A stretch of 64,000 nucleotides of DNA from Candidatus Eiseniibacteriota bacterium (GCA_963783375.1 CAWANH010000029.1:800001-864000), one strand, 5' to 3'; positions 29,916 through 39,771 are shown, numbered from the stretch's first letter. Made by a program: numbers and translations. The notes: generated from the sequence alone by a model not told the origin.

Positions 29916-32603
29916 TCAGAAGTTGATCCCGATCCCGACCCGGATGTTCCGGCCTTCGGAGAACACTCGGGGATCGTTGAGGGGGATCCAGTCCTGAATC
30001 CCGTCCTCGTTCAAGTCGTCACCGAGATACGCCCCGCCCGCCCGTCCGGTCTCGGTATAGAAGACCTGGTAGTCGAGCGTACCCGCCTGGGGGGGATTGG
30101 GAAAATTGACCGGGGAAAGCTGCCGGATGTTCTTGGCGTCCAGCACATTGTTGCCCCGCAGGAACAGCTTCACCTTCTGTCCCCAGATCTTGTAGTACTT
30201 CTCGGCCTGGATGGTCAGGTTGGATGTGCTGGGCAGCCGCCGTGAGTTGGTCTTCGAGGGATCGACCTTGCGCTCGCTCCGGTCATGCGGGGTCCAGGGG
30301 AACCCGGTACCGAAGGTCCAGACGAGGTTGGCTGACCAGCTCCCCGGCTCCGCAATGGTGGCGGTGGCGGAGAGGGTGTGGCGTTGATCCCAATCCAGCG
30401 CCTGCTCGGAGATCGGCAGGTACAGGAACGTGACCTGCTGCTGCTGGTTGGGGTCCGAGGCCACGCCGGTGGCCACTCCGTAGGTGTACGAGAGGTCGCC
30501 GGCGAAGTTCCGGGTGAACCGCCGGGTGAGGCTGAGCTCGAACCCGCGGGAGGACGCATAGTCCTTGTTCACGTACTGGGTGACCAGGGCGGGACTGTCT
30601 CCAGCGGCCACTTCCTGGATGGTGAGGAGCCCGAAGATGTCCTTGAAGTAGACCGTGAACTGGCCGAAGACATCCTCGGTGAACATGTGCTGGAGCGCGG
30701 CCTGATAGGAGACCGTGGTCTCGTTCTCGAGGTTCGGGTTTCCCCGCGTCCGGACCGCGGCGCCGCGATTTTCGAAAATGTACTGGCGGTCCGGGACCTG
30801 GCTGAACCGACCGTAGTGGAAGGAGAATACGTCGCGATCGGAAATCGGGTAGGCAATGCCGACCCGCGGACTCCATTGGGTGCGGGTCCGGTTCTCGACC
30901 TCCGAGGCGTCGAGCTGGTTCCCCACCGAGAACAGGTCGTACCGAAGTCCGGCATTGACCACCATCCCCTCGTGTTCCCACCGGTCCTGCAGATAATAGG
31001 AACCCTCAGGGTTGTAGTAGTGGTACTGGCTCCGATAGAGGCCGATGAGCCCTTCCGCGTTGACCCGGTTGGGGAAGTCCACCGCGAGGAGCTGGAGATC
31101 GTTGTACGTCAGCTCCACTCCGCTCTTCACCTTGTGGGGACCGATTTCGCTGGTCCAGTCCGTCTTCACCGTCCAGACCTTCGTGGTGCGGTCGGTATAG
31201 GTGGGAACGTCTCCGTTGGTGGCGAAGAACGGGTGGGTGGAATAGTGGATCCGGTCCCGCCACTGGTCCGGGTACCGGGCCTGGTATTCCCAGGGCTGCT
31301 CCCCCAACACGTCGGAGGTGTAGTCGTACTGGTTCCGGCTGACCTTGAGAGTGTAGAAGGTCCCTTCGCTGAGGGTATGGTTCCACACCACTTTGTACTG
31401 GCGGAAATCGTTGGTGATGTTCGGGGTATGTTCAGGGGCGTTGTAGTAGACCCAGTTGGGTCCCTCCTGTCGCTCGCTGAAACCTCCGTAGCGGGTGACG
31501 ATCTCGCCGGTGTCGGGAATCGTGTCCAACCGGGTCTCCACGAAACCCGACCGGCTGAAGGTGTGGTAGTAGGTATCGAACTTGTGGTGGTTGTCCAACA
31601 CCTCGAAGGTCATCTTGTAGTTGGGACCCGGCGTCCAGGCCAGCTTGGACTGAAGGTTGATCTCGTTGTCCTGGCGGGGGCCCACCCGGATGAAGTCGAG
31701 AACCTGGCTGCGCGTGCGCTGCTCGCTGGTCTTCAGGTAGGTATCGGTCCAGGTGCCCTGGATCGACACGAAGTAGGTGAGTCTGCGGATCGGAGTGGGG
31801 CCGCCCATGCCCAGGGAAACCCGGTCGTAGTTGTCGTAGGTCTTGTCCGGGGCCCCGTAGTCATCGGTCATGTAGGTGACGTTCCCGGAGAAGGCAGCCC
31901 CGCCCTCCTGGGTGACGATGTTCACGATGCCGGATTGGGCGTTTCCGTACTCGGCGTCGAAGCCACCGAGAAGGACGTCGGAATTCGAAACGGAAACCGT
32001 GGCCACGTTGACGCCCCCTCCCACCAGAGGGTCGTTCACGGGCATACCGTCGATCTGGTACTGAACCTCCCCTGCCCGACCGCCCCGGAAATGAAGCTGG
32101 CCGGCCTGGGAGACGACGCCGGACTTGAGCGCCACCGCTTCCTGAAACGTATCGACGGGGAGACGATCGAGCTCCTCCTCGCCCACATTGTGCATGGTGG
32201 TGGAACTCTTCTGGTCGATGAGCTTCTTCTGGGCCTCGATCACCACCGGCTTCATGGTGGCGACGACGGTTTCCTTGAGGTCGAAGTTGAGATTGACGCT
32301 CTGTCCCGCGTTGATCTGGAGGCTCCGCTCCTGGGGCTCATAACCGAGGAAGGATACGCGGACGTTGTAGGTGCCGACCGGAATGTTCTTGACCGTGTAC
32401 TTACCCTCGCTGTTGGTCATCGCGCCCAGTTTCGTTCCCAGCACGACAACGTTGGCGTAGGGCAGGGGTTCACTCTTCTCGCCGGCACTCTTCACGGTTC
32501 CCGTCAGCGTGCCGGTTCCCTGAGCGAAAGCGGAGGTGCTGGCCGCCAGGCTCAAACCGGCGACCAATAGCATGGCTAGCAAGCTCTTGGGGCGGACGTC
32601 CAT
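29916..32603 (-). CDS. TonB-dependent receptor with N-terminal carboxypeptidase-regulatory-like domain
   Basis: GTLTGTV...PLPYANV, plug motifs HFRGGR..E..YQIDG and GGFDAEYGNAQSGIVN, SPRVGIAYP, terminal F. Confidence 0.92.
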   Translation of the reverse strand: MDVRPKSLLAMLLVAGLSLAASTSAFAQGTGTLTGTVKSAGEKSEPLPYANVVVLGTKLGAMTNSEGKYTVKNIPVGTYNVRVSFLGYEPQERSLQINAGQSVNLNFDLKETVVATMKPVVIEAQKKLIDQKSSTTMHNVGEEELDRLPVDTFQEAVALKSGVVSQAGQLHFRGGRAGEVQYQIDGMPVNDPLVGGGVNVATVSVSNSDVLLGGFDAEYGNAQSGIVNIVTQEGGAAFSGNVTYMTDDYGAPDKTYDNYDRVSLGMGGPTPIRRLTYFVSIQGTWTDTYLKTSEQRTRSQVLDFIRVGPRQDNEINLQSKLAWTPGPNYKMTFEVLDNHHKFDTYYHTFSRSGFVETRLDTIPDTGEIVTRYGGFSERQEGPNWVYYNAPEHTPNITNDFRQYKVVWNHTLSEGTFYTLKVSRNQYDYTSDVLGEQPWEYQARYPDQWRDRIHYSTHPFFATNGDVPTYTDRTTKVWTVKTDWTSEIGPHKVKSGVELTYNDLQLLAVDFPNRVNAEGLIGLYRSQYHYYNPEGSYYLQDRWEHEGMVVNAGLRYDLFSVGNQLDASEVENRTRTQWSPRVGIAYPISDRDVFSFHYGRFSQVPDRQYIFENRGAAVRTRGNPNLENETTVSYQAALQHMFTEDVFGQFTVYFKDIFGLLTIQEVAAGDSPALVTQYVNKDYASSRGFELSLTRRFTRNFAGDLSYTYGVATGVASDPNQQQQVTFLYLPISEQALDWDQRHTLSATATIAEPGSWSANLVWTFGTGFPWTPHDRSERKVDPSKTNSRRLPSTSNLTIQAEKYYKIWGQKVKLFLRGNNVLDAKNIRQLSPVNFPNPPQAGTLDYQVFYTETGRAGGAYLGDDLNEDGIQDWIPLNDPRVFSEGRNIRVGIGINF

Positions 32604-32667
32604 TACCGTGTCGGCTCCTTTCCGCGGGGCGAAATGCCCGTAGCCCTGGCTCTCTACGACAGGCGCA

Positions 32668-32696
32668 ACTATAAGCGCGAGGGACGGTTGAGTCAA
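32668..32696 (-). promoter_or_regulatory. Proximal sigma70 promoter of the TBDR cassette
   Basis: TTGACT-17 nt-TATAGT. Confidence 0.7.
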
Positions 32697-32861
32697 CTGA
32701 GGCCGACTCAGACGCCCGGGCGTCCCTTCGAGTCCACCACCAAGGGGACCGAACGGGCACCATACGAGGGCCGATGAAGGAGCGAGACGTCTCGTGAGGC
32801 AGGACCGCCGGCACCAAACGGCGGCACGAGGGTGAGGACCCTAAGGTCTTCTTGCTCCATC

Positions 32862-32890
32862 AATCTAGCCAGCCCAAATGCCTTTGTCAA
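32862..32890 (-). promoter_or_regulatory. Distal sigma70 promoter driving a structured leader or sRNA
   Basis: TTGACA-17 nt-TAGATT. Confidence 0.65.
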
Positions 32891-32905
32891 GCCCGATTCT
32901 CCGGG

Positions 32906-34390
32906 TCAGAAGAGGTATTTGACGTAGGCGGAGAATCGGGATCGATCGATGTTGAGATCCGACTGAACGTCCACGTCGTAGGCGAAGTCGAACTGCCAGA
33001 TGCCGCCGGCCGGCACCACCCCGATCCCCGTCGCCACGGTGGTCGTGTTGAACGAGCCGTTCCGGTCCGGAAGGGCTTCATAGTCCTGCTTGATTCGTGA
33101 CCGGATGAGCCCAGCCCGTCCCACCAGGGTCTCCCCCAGGAGGTACTCCCCCCCCACACGGAAGCTCTTGTCGTCCAAGGAGTTCTTGGTATCGATCCCC
33201 TCGTTCCGGCTGGTCACGTCGCTGCTGGCGACCTTGGCTTCGGCGGCCAGGAGCAACCGGGATTCGACCCCCACCCAGGAGACGCCCCCCACCAGGGCGG
33301 AGTTCTTGGCGCTCACGTCCTGGCGGACCTGGGATCCGATAGCGTTGGGGTTGACCAGGACGGCGAAATCCTGGCTCCCGCTCAGCACCGCGGCCCCGGC
33401 GATGAGCCGGCCCGGTATGACGTCCAGCCTGGCCCGCCCCCGGAACTGCTTGTTCACCCTGTCCTCGGTGAAGGTGTCGCGGTTCATGGACACGTTCTCG
33501 TTGGTGGGGTTATAGGTAAACCGTTGGGACCAACTGATATGGACCGACTCATCCCCCTGGAGCTTCTGCCGGCTGAAGTCCGCCCCGGCATGCAAGCGCC
33601 CCCGGTTGACGAAGCCATGGACGGACCAGGTGCCGCCGGGACGGCGCCAGTCGAAGGTGTCGGTGTGGAAGGGTCCCCGGCTCTCCCCGTCCAACTTGGT
33701 GGTGAACACCTCACCCCGCGCCCCCACGACCACCCCCTCGGCCACCTGGTAGCCGGCCCCCAGGCCGGCCCGGGTCACGATACCGTTGTGGGAGATGTTG
33801 TAGATGGAGGGTGAGAAGGTGTTTTCATCCTCGCTGCTCCGGGACAGATTCAGCCCCAGGGTCAGTCGGTCGGTGAAGTAGCGGCTCCCGGTCAGGGCCA
33901 GCCCGGTCACGGTGAAGTCGTTTCGCTCGTCGACCAGGTCCAGGGTCTGAACCTTGGCATAGTCGATCCGTCCGCCAACCCCCATGACCCCGGGGTGGTG
34001 ATATCCGATCAGAAGCGACCCGTCGTTGATCTTGATGTCGTCCCCGGTCGACCGGACGTCCCGCTCGGCCAGCTCCTTGTGGGAGTAGCGGGAATCGATG
34101 GACCAGGAGTCCCGATCGTCGCCGAACCCCGCCGGGTTTCGACTGAAATCGTAGAGATCGATCTCGTAGTTCCCGTCCGGGACCGCGGCCTCGAATCCGC
34201 CCATCCCATCCAGTCGGACCGTCCCCGTCCCCAGGTCCACCTGGGCCGGAAGGAGGTAGAGACGCTCGTAGATGAGTTCCTGGGCCCCGGCGCCGGAGGA
34301 CGCGGCTACCGCGGCCGCGGTGACGGTGAGAACGATCACCGCCACCCGCTTCACAACTGGGATCACCTTCACGCTCCTTAACCTTGGCAT
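32906..34390 (-). CDS. Putative outer-membrane beta-barrel protein
   Basis: Signal peptide (AGA-Q), N-terminal RLDGMGG...NPAG reminiscent of FadL/PorV-like barrels, amphipathic strands, C-terminal YVKYLF. Confidence 0.65.
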   Translation of the reverse strand: MPRLRSVKVIPVVKRVAVIVLTVTAAAVAASSGAGAQELIYERLYLLPAQVDLGTGTVRLDGMGGFEAAVPDGNYEIDLYDFSRNPAGFGDDRDSWSIDSRYSHKELAERDVRSTGDDIKINDGSLLIGYHHPGVMGVGGRIDYAKVQTLDLVDERNDFTVTGLALTGSRYFTDRLTLGLNLSRSSEDENTFSPSIYNISHNGIVTRAGLGAGYQVAEGVVVGARGEVFTTKLDGESRGPFHTDTFDWRRPGGTWSVHGFVNRGRLHAGADFSRQKLQGDESVHISWSQRFTYNPTNENVSMNRDTFTEDRVNKQFRGRARLDVIPGRLIAGAAVLSGSQDFAVLVNPNAIGSQVRQDVSAKNSALVGGVSWVGVESRLLLAAEAKVASSDVTSRNEGIDTKNSLDDKSFRVGGEYLLGETLVGRAGLIRSRIKQDYEALPDRNGSFNTTTVATGIGVVPAGGIWQFDFAYDVDVQSDLNIDRSRFSAYVKYLF

Positions 34391-35805
34391 CGGTTCTCCA
34401 CCGTGCTCGTCGCGGGCGTCCGCTTCTCGAACTGGAGGCGAATCTCCGTCGATCCGCTGCCGACGTGACTCGAGTTGTTGAAGACCCCGACGGCTATCCG
34501 GTATATGCCGGGTTGGTTGGGGTCGGGGGTGATGGACAGGTCGTCGGAGTTGCCGGTGTCCAGGTCGCGCATGATCTCGATCGTACGGACCGGGAACCCC
34601 TTGTCCTGCCCGATCGAGTAGGCGCCCCGGGCCCTCACGTCGCGCGCGCTCCCCGAGGGAATGGTCAGACCCCAACCCTGGACATAGTCGTACTCCCCCG
34701 GAACCAGGCGGTTGCTCCACAGCTGGGGGAGCCCGATGCGGGAGCACGCCAGGGTGCTCGTGCACTTGAAGACGGTCGTGTAGGGAAGCCAGAGACCGAG
34801 ATTCACGGGGACGCCGCCGTTCAGGTCGGCCAGGATCTGGTTGCTGTCCTTCTTGGTATCGATGCACTCGGTCAACTTCGAGGGGACATTGGTGCCGGTG
34901 ACCCAGTTCTTCGCGTACGGGAGCGTGCCCGAGTCCTGGGCCAGGCGCCGTGAGCCGTCGATCCAGAGATCCTCGCAGAAACCGGCCGGGCTGACAAAGG
35001 TGCTGAAGAGCCAGTGCGGACGCAGGTCCCTGGGAGCCGACTCGAAGCGTGTCCAGTCTGCATATTGATAGATGGGGCTCAGGTTGGTTCGTCCCGCCCG
35101 CCAGACCCAGACGTCGGTGTTCTCCACCCCGGCAACCGTGGTCGGGGTCAGGACGCCTCCGGGACCGAGCGTCGGGAAGAGACGCCGCTCGGTCGCCACC
35201 AGATCCGTTGACGCGTGCGCGTTCGCGGCCCGCGTCAGGAGCAACATCACCTGATCTTCCTGGCCGCCGGCGTTCCGTCGCAACCAGTTCGAAGGGTTGA
35301 TGATGGTGGAGTCGCAGACCGAGGGCGTCGAATCCGCGACCGGGCTCGGGCAGAACTTCCCGTCGATCTCGTTCTCGCAGATCTCGCCCGGCGCCTTGGG
35401 ACGGAGGTAGGCGAGCTGATCCGGATAGATGTCCTGGGTCGCATCGGCGTAGCGGATCAGGAAGTAGATGCGATCCTTGTGACTCGGCTCCACCCGGGAC
35501 TCGTCGGTCCAGACCGCCCGGACCTCGAGGTAGAAGTCCGCGCCGCCGGACCCGTTCGCCCCGGTCATCCGGACGAACATGGGTTCGGCCGAACCCCACT
35601 CCACCGGCTGGGCCACACCGTCCAGCACCGGGAGCGCGTCGTCGCACGGGTCGCCGCTCACCCCGGGGTCGGTGTAATGCACGGTGAGGGTGGAGAAGTC
35701 CTCGAGTTGCGGTTCGCTGATCTGGTCCACTCCGGAGCACCCCCCTGCGATCCAGAGAAGGAGACCCGCCAGGACGCCGACGGTCAGCATGCGCGTAGCG
35801 TTCAT
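34378..35805 (-). CDS. Cys-rich lipoprotein with a DOMON/CBM9-like (ethylbenzene-dehydrogenase gamma-like) domain
   Basis: Lipobox AGGC; PVLDG...EW, RAVW, IYFLIRYAD, ED, DVWVWRAGRTN, EIMRDL.TG..DD. Confidence 0.6.
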   Translation of the reverse strand: MNATRMLTVGVLAGLLLWIAGGCSGVDQISEPQLEDFSTLTVHYTDPGVSGDPCDDALPVLDGVAQPVEWGSAEPMFVRMTGANGSGGADFYLEVRAVWTDESRVEPSHKDRIYFLIRYADATQDIYPDQLAYLRPKAPGEICENEIDGKFCPSPVADSTPSVCDSTIINPSNWLRRNAGGQEDQVMLLLTRAANAHASTDLVATERRLFPTLGPGGVLTPTTVAGVENTDVWVWRAGRTNLSPIYQYADWTRFESAPRDLRPHWLFSTFVSPAGFCEDLWIDGSRRLAQDSGTLPYAKNWVTGTNVPSKLTECIDTKKDSNQILADLNGGVPVNLGLWLPYTTVFKCTSTLACSRIGLPQLWSNRLVPGEYDYVQGWGLTIPSGSARDVRARGAYSIGQDKGFPVRTIEIMRDLDTGNSDDLSITPDPNQPGIYRIAVGVFNNSSHVGSGSTEIRLQFEKRTPATSTVENRCQG

Positions 35806-35901
35806 GAAATCGTGTCCTCTATCGGGGTTCCAGCCGCTCGGTTCCGGCCGTTTTTCGTCGTCGTAGGGGGGGATCGGCATGGCCTTTCCTGAGGCGCATT
35901 A

Positions 35902-35931
35902 ACGCTAGCCTCCCCCCCACCGGACTGTCAA
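35902..35931 (-). promoter_or_regulatory. Putative sigma70 promoter of the lipoprotein-barrel pair
   Basis: TTGACA-18 nt-TAGCGT. Confidence 0.45.
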
Positions 35932-36614
35932 GTTCTCTTGCCCTCCACGCCGCGACGACGCGGCCCCGGGGGCGCGCCGGGTCGCGCCCGGCTCACGAAG
36001 GGATCGCCCTCCGCCCAGAATCGCCAGGCCCGGTCGCGCCCCAGGCGAATCCCCACCCGGGGCCCGCTCTCGATCCGCCCCGGACGACGCCCGTCGTCCC
36101 GCACCGTGAGCTCCGGACCGGCCAGGGAGAGGGTATTGTGGGCCAGGTCGATGCCGAAGGCCTGGCAGAGCCGGGAGGGACCGGAGGTGAGCTCGACGGG
36201 GTTCTCCCGGCCCCGGCGGGCCCGCATCCGCTCCACTCCGGCCTCGGGACGGACGGCTCGGACCAGGACCGCGGCGGGAAACCCCTCACGCTCGGTCACG
36301 AAATTGAGGAGGAAATGCATTCCGTACGTGAAATACACGTAGGCCCGGCCCGGCGGCCCGTACAGAACCCGGGTCCTCGCGGTGAGCCCGGCCGCGGCAT
36401 GGCAGGCGGGGTCCTCCTCGCCCACGTAGGCCTCCGTTTCCACGATGCGGCCCACCGTCCAGGTGCCGTCGTCCTCCCGGCGGTGAAGCAGGCAGCCCAG
36501 CACCTCCCGGGCCACGGTCAGGCAATCCCGGTCGTAGTAGGCGACCGGGAGCAACCTCCCGCGAGGCCGGCGGGCCGGTTTCATTCCGGAGGGAGCTACC
36601 GGCCCGGCGCTCAT
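35928..36614 (-). CDS. mpg: DNA-3-methyladenine glycosylase (MPG/AAG family)
   Basis: GRIVETEAY, DPACH, AYVYFTYGMH, AVLVRA, GPSRLCQA, RVGI. Confidence 0.93.
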   Translation of the reverse strand: MSAGPVAPSGMKPARRPRGRLLPVAYYDRDCLTVAREVLGCLLHRREDDGTWTVGRIVETEAYVGEEDPACHAAAGLTARTRVLYGPPGRAYVYFTYGMHFLLNFVTEREGFPAAVLVRAVRPEAGVERMRARRGRENPVELTSGPSRLCQAFGIDLAHNTLSLAGPELTVRDDGRRPGRIESGPRVGIRLGRDRAWRFWAEGDPFVSRARPGAPPGPRRRGVEGKRT

Positions 36615-37975
36615 TTCGGCCCGGCGCCCTCCACGCCCGCATCGACCAGCGCCTTCCGGAGTTCCCGCTCGATCGCGTCCCGGGCGGCGGGGCTCGTCCC
36701 CTCGGCCCGGAGCACCAGCACGGGCTGGGTGTTCGAGGCGCGCACCAGTCCCCATCCCCCGTCGAAGGTCACCCGCGCGCCGTCCACCTCCACCACCTCG
36801 TGGGTGGGCCGATAGAGGTCCCGCACGCGCTCCACGACCTCGAACTTCCGCTCGTCCGCACAGTCGATCCGGATTTCGGGGGTGGCGTGATACCGGGGGA
36901 TCTCGGCCAGGAGCGCGGAGAGAGGCCGGTCCGAGGCGGCCAGAAGCCGCACCAGCCGCCCCGAGGCGTAGATCGCGTCGTCGAAGCCGTACCACTCATC
37001 GGCGAAGAACATGTGCCCGGACATCTCGCCGGCCAGAGGCGACCCGGTCTCCGCCATGGCCTTCTTGATGAGGGAATGACCGGTCCGGGTCATGACCGGC
37101 TTCCCGCCGTGGGCCTCGATGTCCTCCACCAGGGCCCGCGAGCACTTGACCTCGAAGAGGATCGGGGCCCCGGGACGGCGGGCCAGCACTTCCCGGGCGA
37201 AGAGCGCGAGGAGCCGATCCCCCCACACCACCTCCCCCCGCTCGTCGAGGGCGCCGAGGCGGTCCGCATCGCCGTCGTAGGCCAGGCCCAGGTCGGCCCC
37301 GGTGGCCAGCACCCGCTCCCGGAGGGTGATCAGGGTCTCGGGGAGGGTGGGGTCGGGAATGTGGTTGGGAAAGCGCCCGTCGGGCTCGCAGAACAGGCAC
37401 TCCACCTCGGCCCCCAACCGCCGGAAGAGGGCGGGCGCGAGCTCGCCCGCGCATCCGTTCCCGGCATCCAGTACCAGCTTGAGAGGCCGGGCCGGAGCCA
37501 GTCGCGAAACCATCGCGTCGAGGTAGGCTTCGCGGAGATCGATCTCCTCCACCTTCCCCCGCCCGATCCGGAACTCCCCCGCCTCGATCCGGCGTCGCAG
37601 ATCCCGGATGCCGTCGCCGTACAGACTCGCCTTCCCCAGCATCATCTTGAACCCGTTGAACTCGATCGGGTTATGGCTCCCGGTGATCTGCACCGCTCCG
37701 TCGAGGTCCAGGTGGTGGACCGAGAAGTAGACGGTGGGGGTGGGAACCACCCCCAGGCGCACCACGTCGACCCCGGCCCGGGTGATGCCCTCGATGAGGG
37801 CGACGGCCAGGCGCGGGGAGCTCTCGCGCACGTCCATGCCCACCGCTACCCGGCTCCCGCCCGCCTCGGCCACCCGCGAGGCGTAGGCCCGGCCGATGGC
37901 CCGCACCACGCCGTCGGTGAGCTCGGTGGCCACGATTCCCCGGATGTCGTACTCGCGAAAGATGTGTGGCGTCAC
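36611..37975 (-). CDS. Phosphomannomutase/phosphoglucomutase (AlgC-like)
   Basis: FREYDIRG, TGSHNP, DGDADR, GEMSGH, RASNTQP. Confidence 0.93.
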   Translation of the reverse strand: MTPHIFREYDIRGIVATELTDGVVRAIGRAYASRVAEAGGSRVAVGMDVRESSPRLAVALIEGITRAGVDVVRLGVVPTPTVYFSVHHLDLDGAVQITGSHNPIEFNGFKMMLGKASLYGDGIRDLRRRIEAGEFRIGRGKVEEIDLREAYLDAMVSRLAPARPLKLVLDAGNGCAGELAPALFRRLGAEVECLFCEPDGRFPNHIPDPTLPETLITLRERVLATGADLGLAYDGDADRLGALDERGEVVWGDRLLALFAREVLARRPGAPILFEVKCSRALVEDIEAHGGKPVMTRTGHSLIKKAMAETGSPLAGEMSGHMFFADEWYGFDDAIYASGRLVRLLAASDRPLSALLAEIPRYHATPEIRIDCADERKFEVVERVRDLYRPTHEVVEVDGARVTFDGGWGLVRASNTQPVLVLRAEGTSPAARDAIERELRKALVDAGVEGAGPK

Positions 37976-39124
37976 GAGACCGTCTCTCCCGGCTTCTTCC
38001 CCGCCTTCGCCGCGGCGGCGTCCTTGGCCAGACCCGAACGGAGATAGGCGTCGATGAACCCGTCGAGGTCCCCGTCCATCACCCGCTGGACGTCCCCCAT
38101 CTCGTGGTTGGTGCGGTGGTCCTTGACCAGGGTGTAGGGCTGGAAGACGTAGGAGCGGATCTGGCTCCCCCAGGCGATTTCCTTCTGCTGGTCGTAGAGG
38201 GCGTCGAGCTGCTTCCGCTCCTCCTCCAGCTTCCGGGCGTAGAGCCGGGCGCGGAGGATCTTGTAGGCGCTCTCCCGGTTCCGGTGCTGGCTCCGCTCGT
38301 TCTGGCTCGACACCACGATGCCGCTGGGGATGTGGGTGAGACGGACGGCGGAGTCGGTCTTGTTGACGTGCTGGCCCCCCGCGCCCGAGGCCCGGAAGGT
38401 GTCGACGCGGACGTCGGCCTCGTTGATCTCGATTTCCACGTCCTCCTCCACCTGGGGAAAGACGAACACCGAGGCGAAGGAGGTATGGCGCCGGCCGCTC
38501 GCGTCGAACGGGGAGATCCGCACCAGGCGGTGCACTCCGGACTCGGCCTTCAGGTAGCCGAAGGCGTAGGGGCCGTTCACCTCGAAGGTGGCGTCCTTCA
38601 GGCCCGCCTCGTCCCCGGCCTGGTAGTCGAGCATTTCGGTGGCGAAGCCGCTCCGCTCCGCCCAGCGAAGGTACATGCGGAGCAGCATCTCCGCCCAGTC
38701 CTGGCTTTCGGTCCCCCCCGCCCCCGGGTGGATGGAGACCACCGCCCCCGACCGGTCGGCAGGGTCGGAGAGGAAGGATTTGAGCTCGAGCCGGTCCACC
38801 TCGCGCTGAAGGGGATCGATCTGCTTCTCGATCTCGGTCCGGGTGGCCGCGTCCTCCTCCTCCAGGGCCATGTCGAAGAGATCCGAGGCGTCGGCCGCCT
38901 CGCGCTCGATCTTGGCGAACTCGTCCACCACGCCCTTGGCCGCTTTCAGCTCCTGGACCACCGTTCGCGCCCGATCGGGATCGTCCCAGAACCCGGGCCG
39001 GGTCATGATCAGGTTCAGCTCGTCGATTCGTTTCCGCTTGCCGTCGACGTCAAAGATACCCCCTCAGAACGGCGAGCCGTTCCCGCATCGCGTCGAGGGA
39101 GCGTCGGATGTCCTGGGTCTCCAA
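37972..39124 (-). CDS. prfB: Peptide chain release factor 2, with programmed +1 frameshift
   Basis: GGTESQDW, SPF, GAGGQHVN. The upstream TTG-started frame ends in AGGGGG-TAT-CTT-TGA-C. Confidence 0.96.
39049..39064 (-). promoter_or_regulatory. RF2 autoregulatory +1 frameshift site
   Basis: AGGGGGTATCTTTGAC on the - strand: internal SD plus CUU UGA C, the canonical signal. Confidence 0.95.
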
Positions 39125-39161
39125 AACCGTGTGTCCTTTCCTTGGGTCCGCGCCTCCGGAC

Positions 39162-39770
39162 TCAGGGGTGGTCTCCGGCCCGTTGCCGGAGGGTCCGCGC
39201 CAGGGTCTCGATGTCGCCCTGGAGCGCGTTCAGGTCGCCGTCGTTCCGGATGAGCAGCTCGGCCCGCCGGACGAGTTCCGCCTCGTCCACCTGGAGGTCC
39301 AGTCGCCTCGCCGCGGCCTCGGAGGAGAGCCCCGCGGCCACCAGCCGCCGGCGGCGCTCCTCCCGCGGCGCCACGACCCCGACCACCAGGTCCACGAATT
39401 CAGGCGGGCCCCATCTTAGCAAGAGAGCCGCCTCCACGACCGCCACCGTCTCGCCCCGCTCGCGGAGCGCGCCCAGCCGCGCCTCGAGCGCGGCCAACAG
39501 CGGCGGGTGGACCAGGGCGTCCAGCTCGGCCCGCTTCCGGGGATCGGCGAACACGATCCGTCCGAGGACGGCGCGATCGATCCCGCCGTCGCGGGCCAGC
39601 ACCCCGTCGCCGAACCGCCGGGCGAGACGCCGGACCAGGTCGCTCCCCGGAGCGTAGAGGGCGTGGGCCTCCTTGTCCGCGTCGAGCACGACGAAGCCTC
39701 GGGCGGCGAGCCCCGCCGCCACCGTGCTCTTCCCGGATCCCGCCGCCCCGGTGAGCCCCGCCACCAGCAT
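39162..39770 (-). CDS. coaE: Dephospho-CoA kinase
   Basis: GLTG..GSGKST, DAD, IDR..LG..VF, LVHP; follows polA. Confidence 0.92.
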   Translation of the reverse strand: MLVAGLTGAAGSGKSTVAAGLAARGFVVLDADKEAHALYAPGSDLVRRLARRFGDGVLARDGGIDRAVLGRIVFADPRKRAELDALVHPPLLAALEARLGALRERGETVAVVEAALLLRWGPPEFVDLVVGVVAPREERRRRLVAAGLSSEAAARRLDLQVDEAELVRRAELLIRNDGDLNALQGDIETLARTLRQRAGDHP

Positions 39771-39771
39771 G

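Noticed and set aside
32700-32860. Cobalamin riboswitch upstream of the TBDR
   Set aside because: Fragments (GGTGCCC, GAAGGGA, AGAAGACC) are out of order and the conserved CCCGC-ACTGT element is absent.
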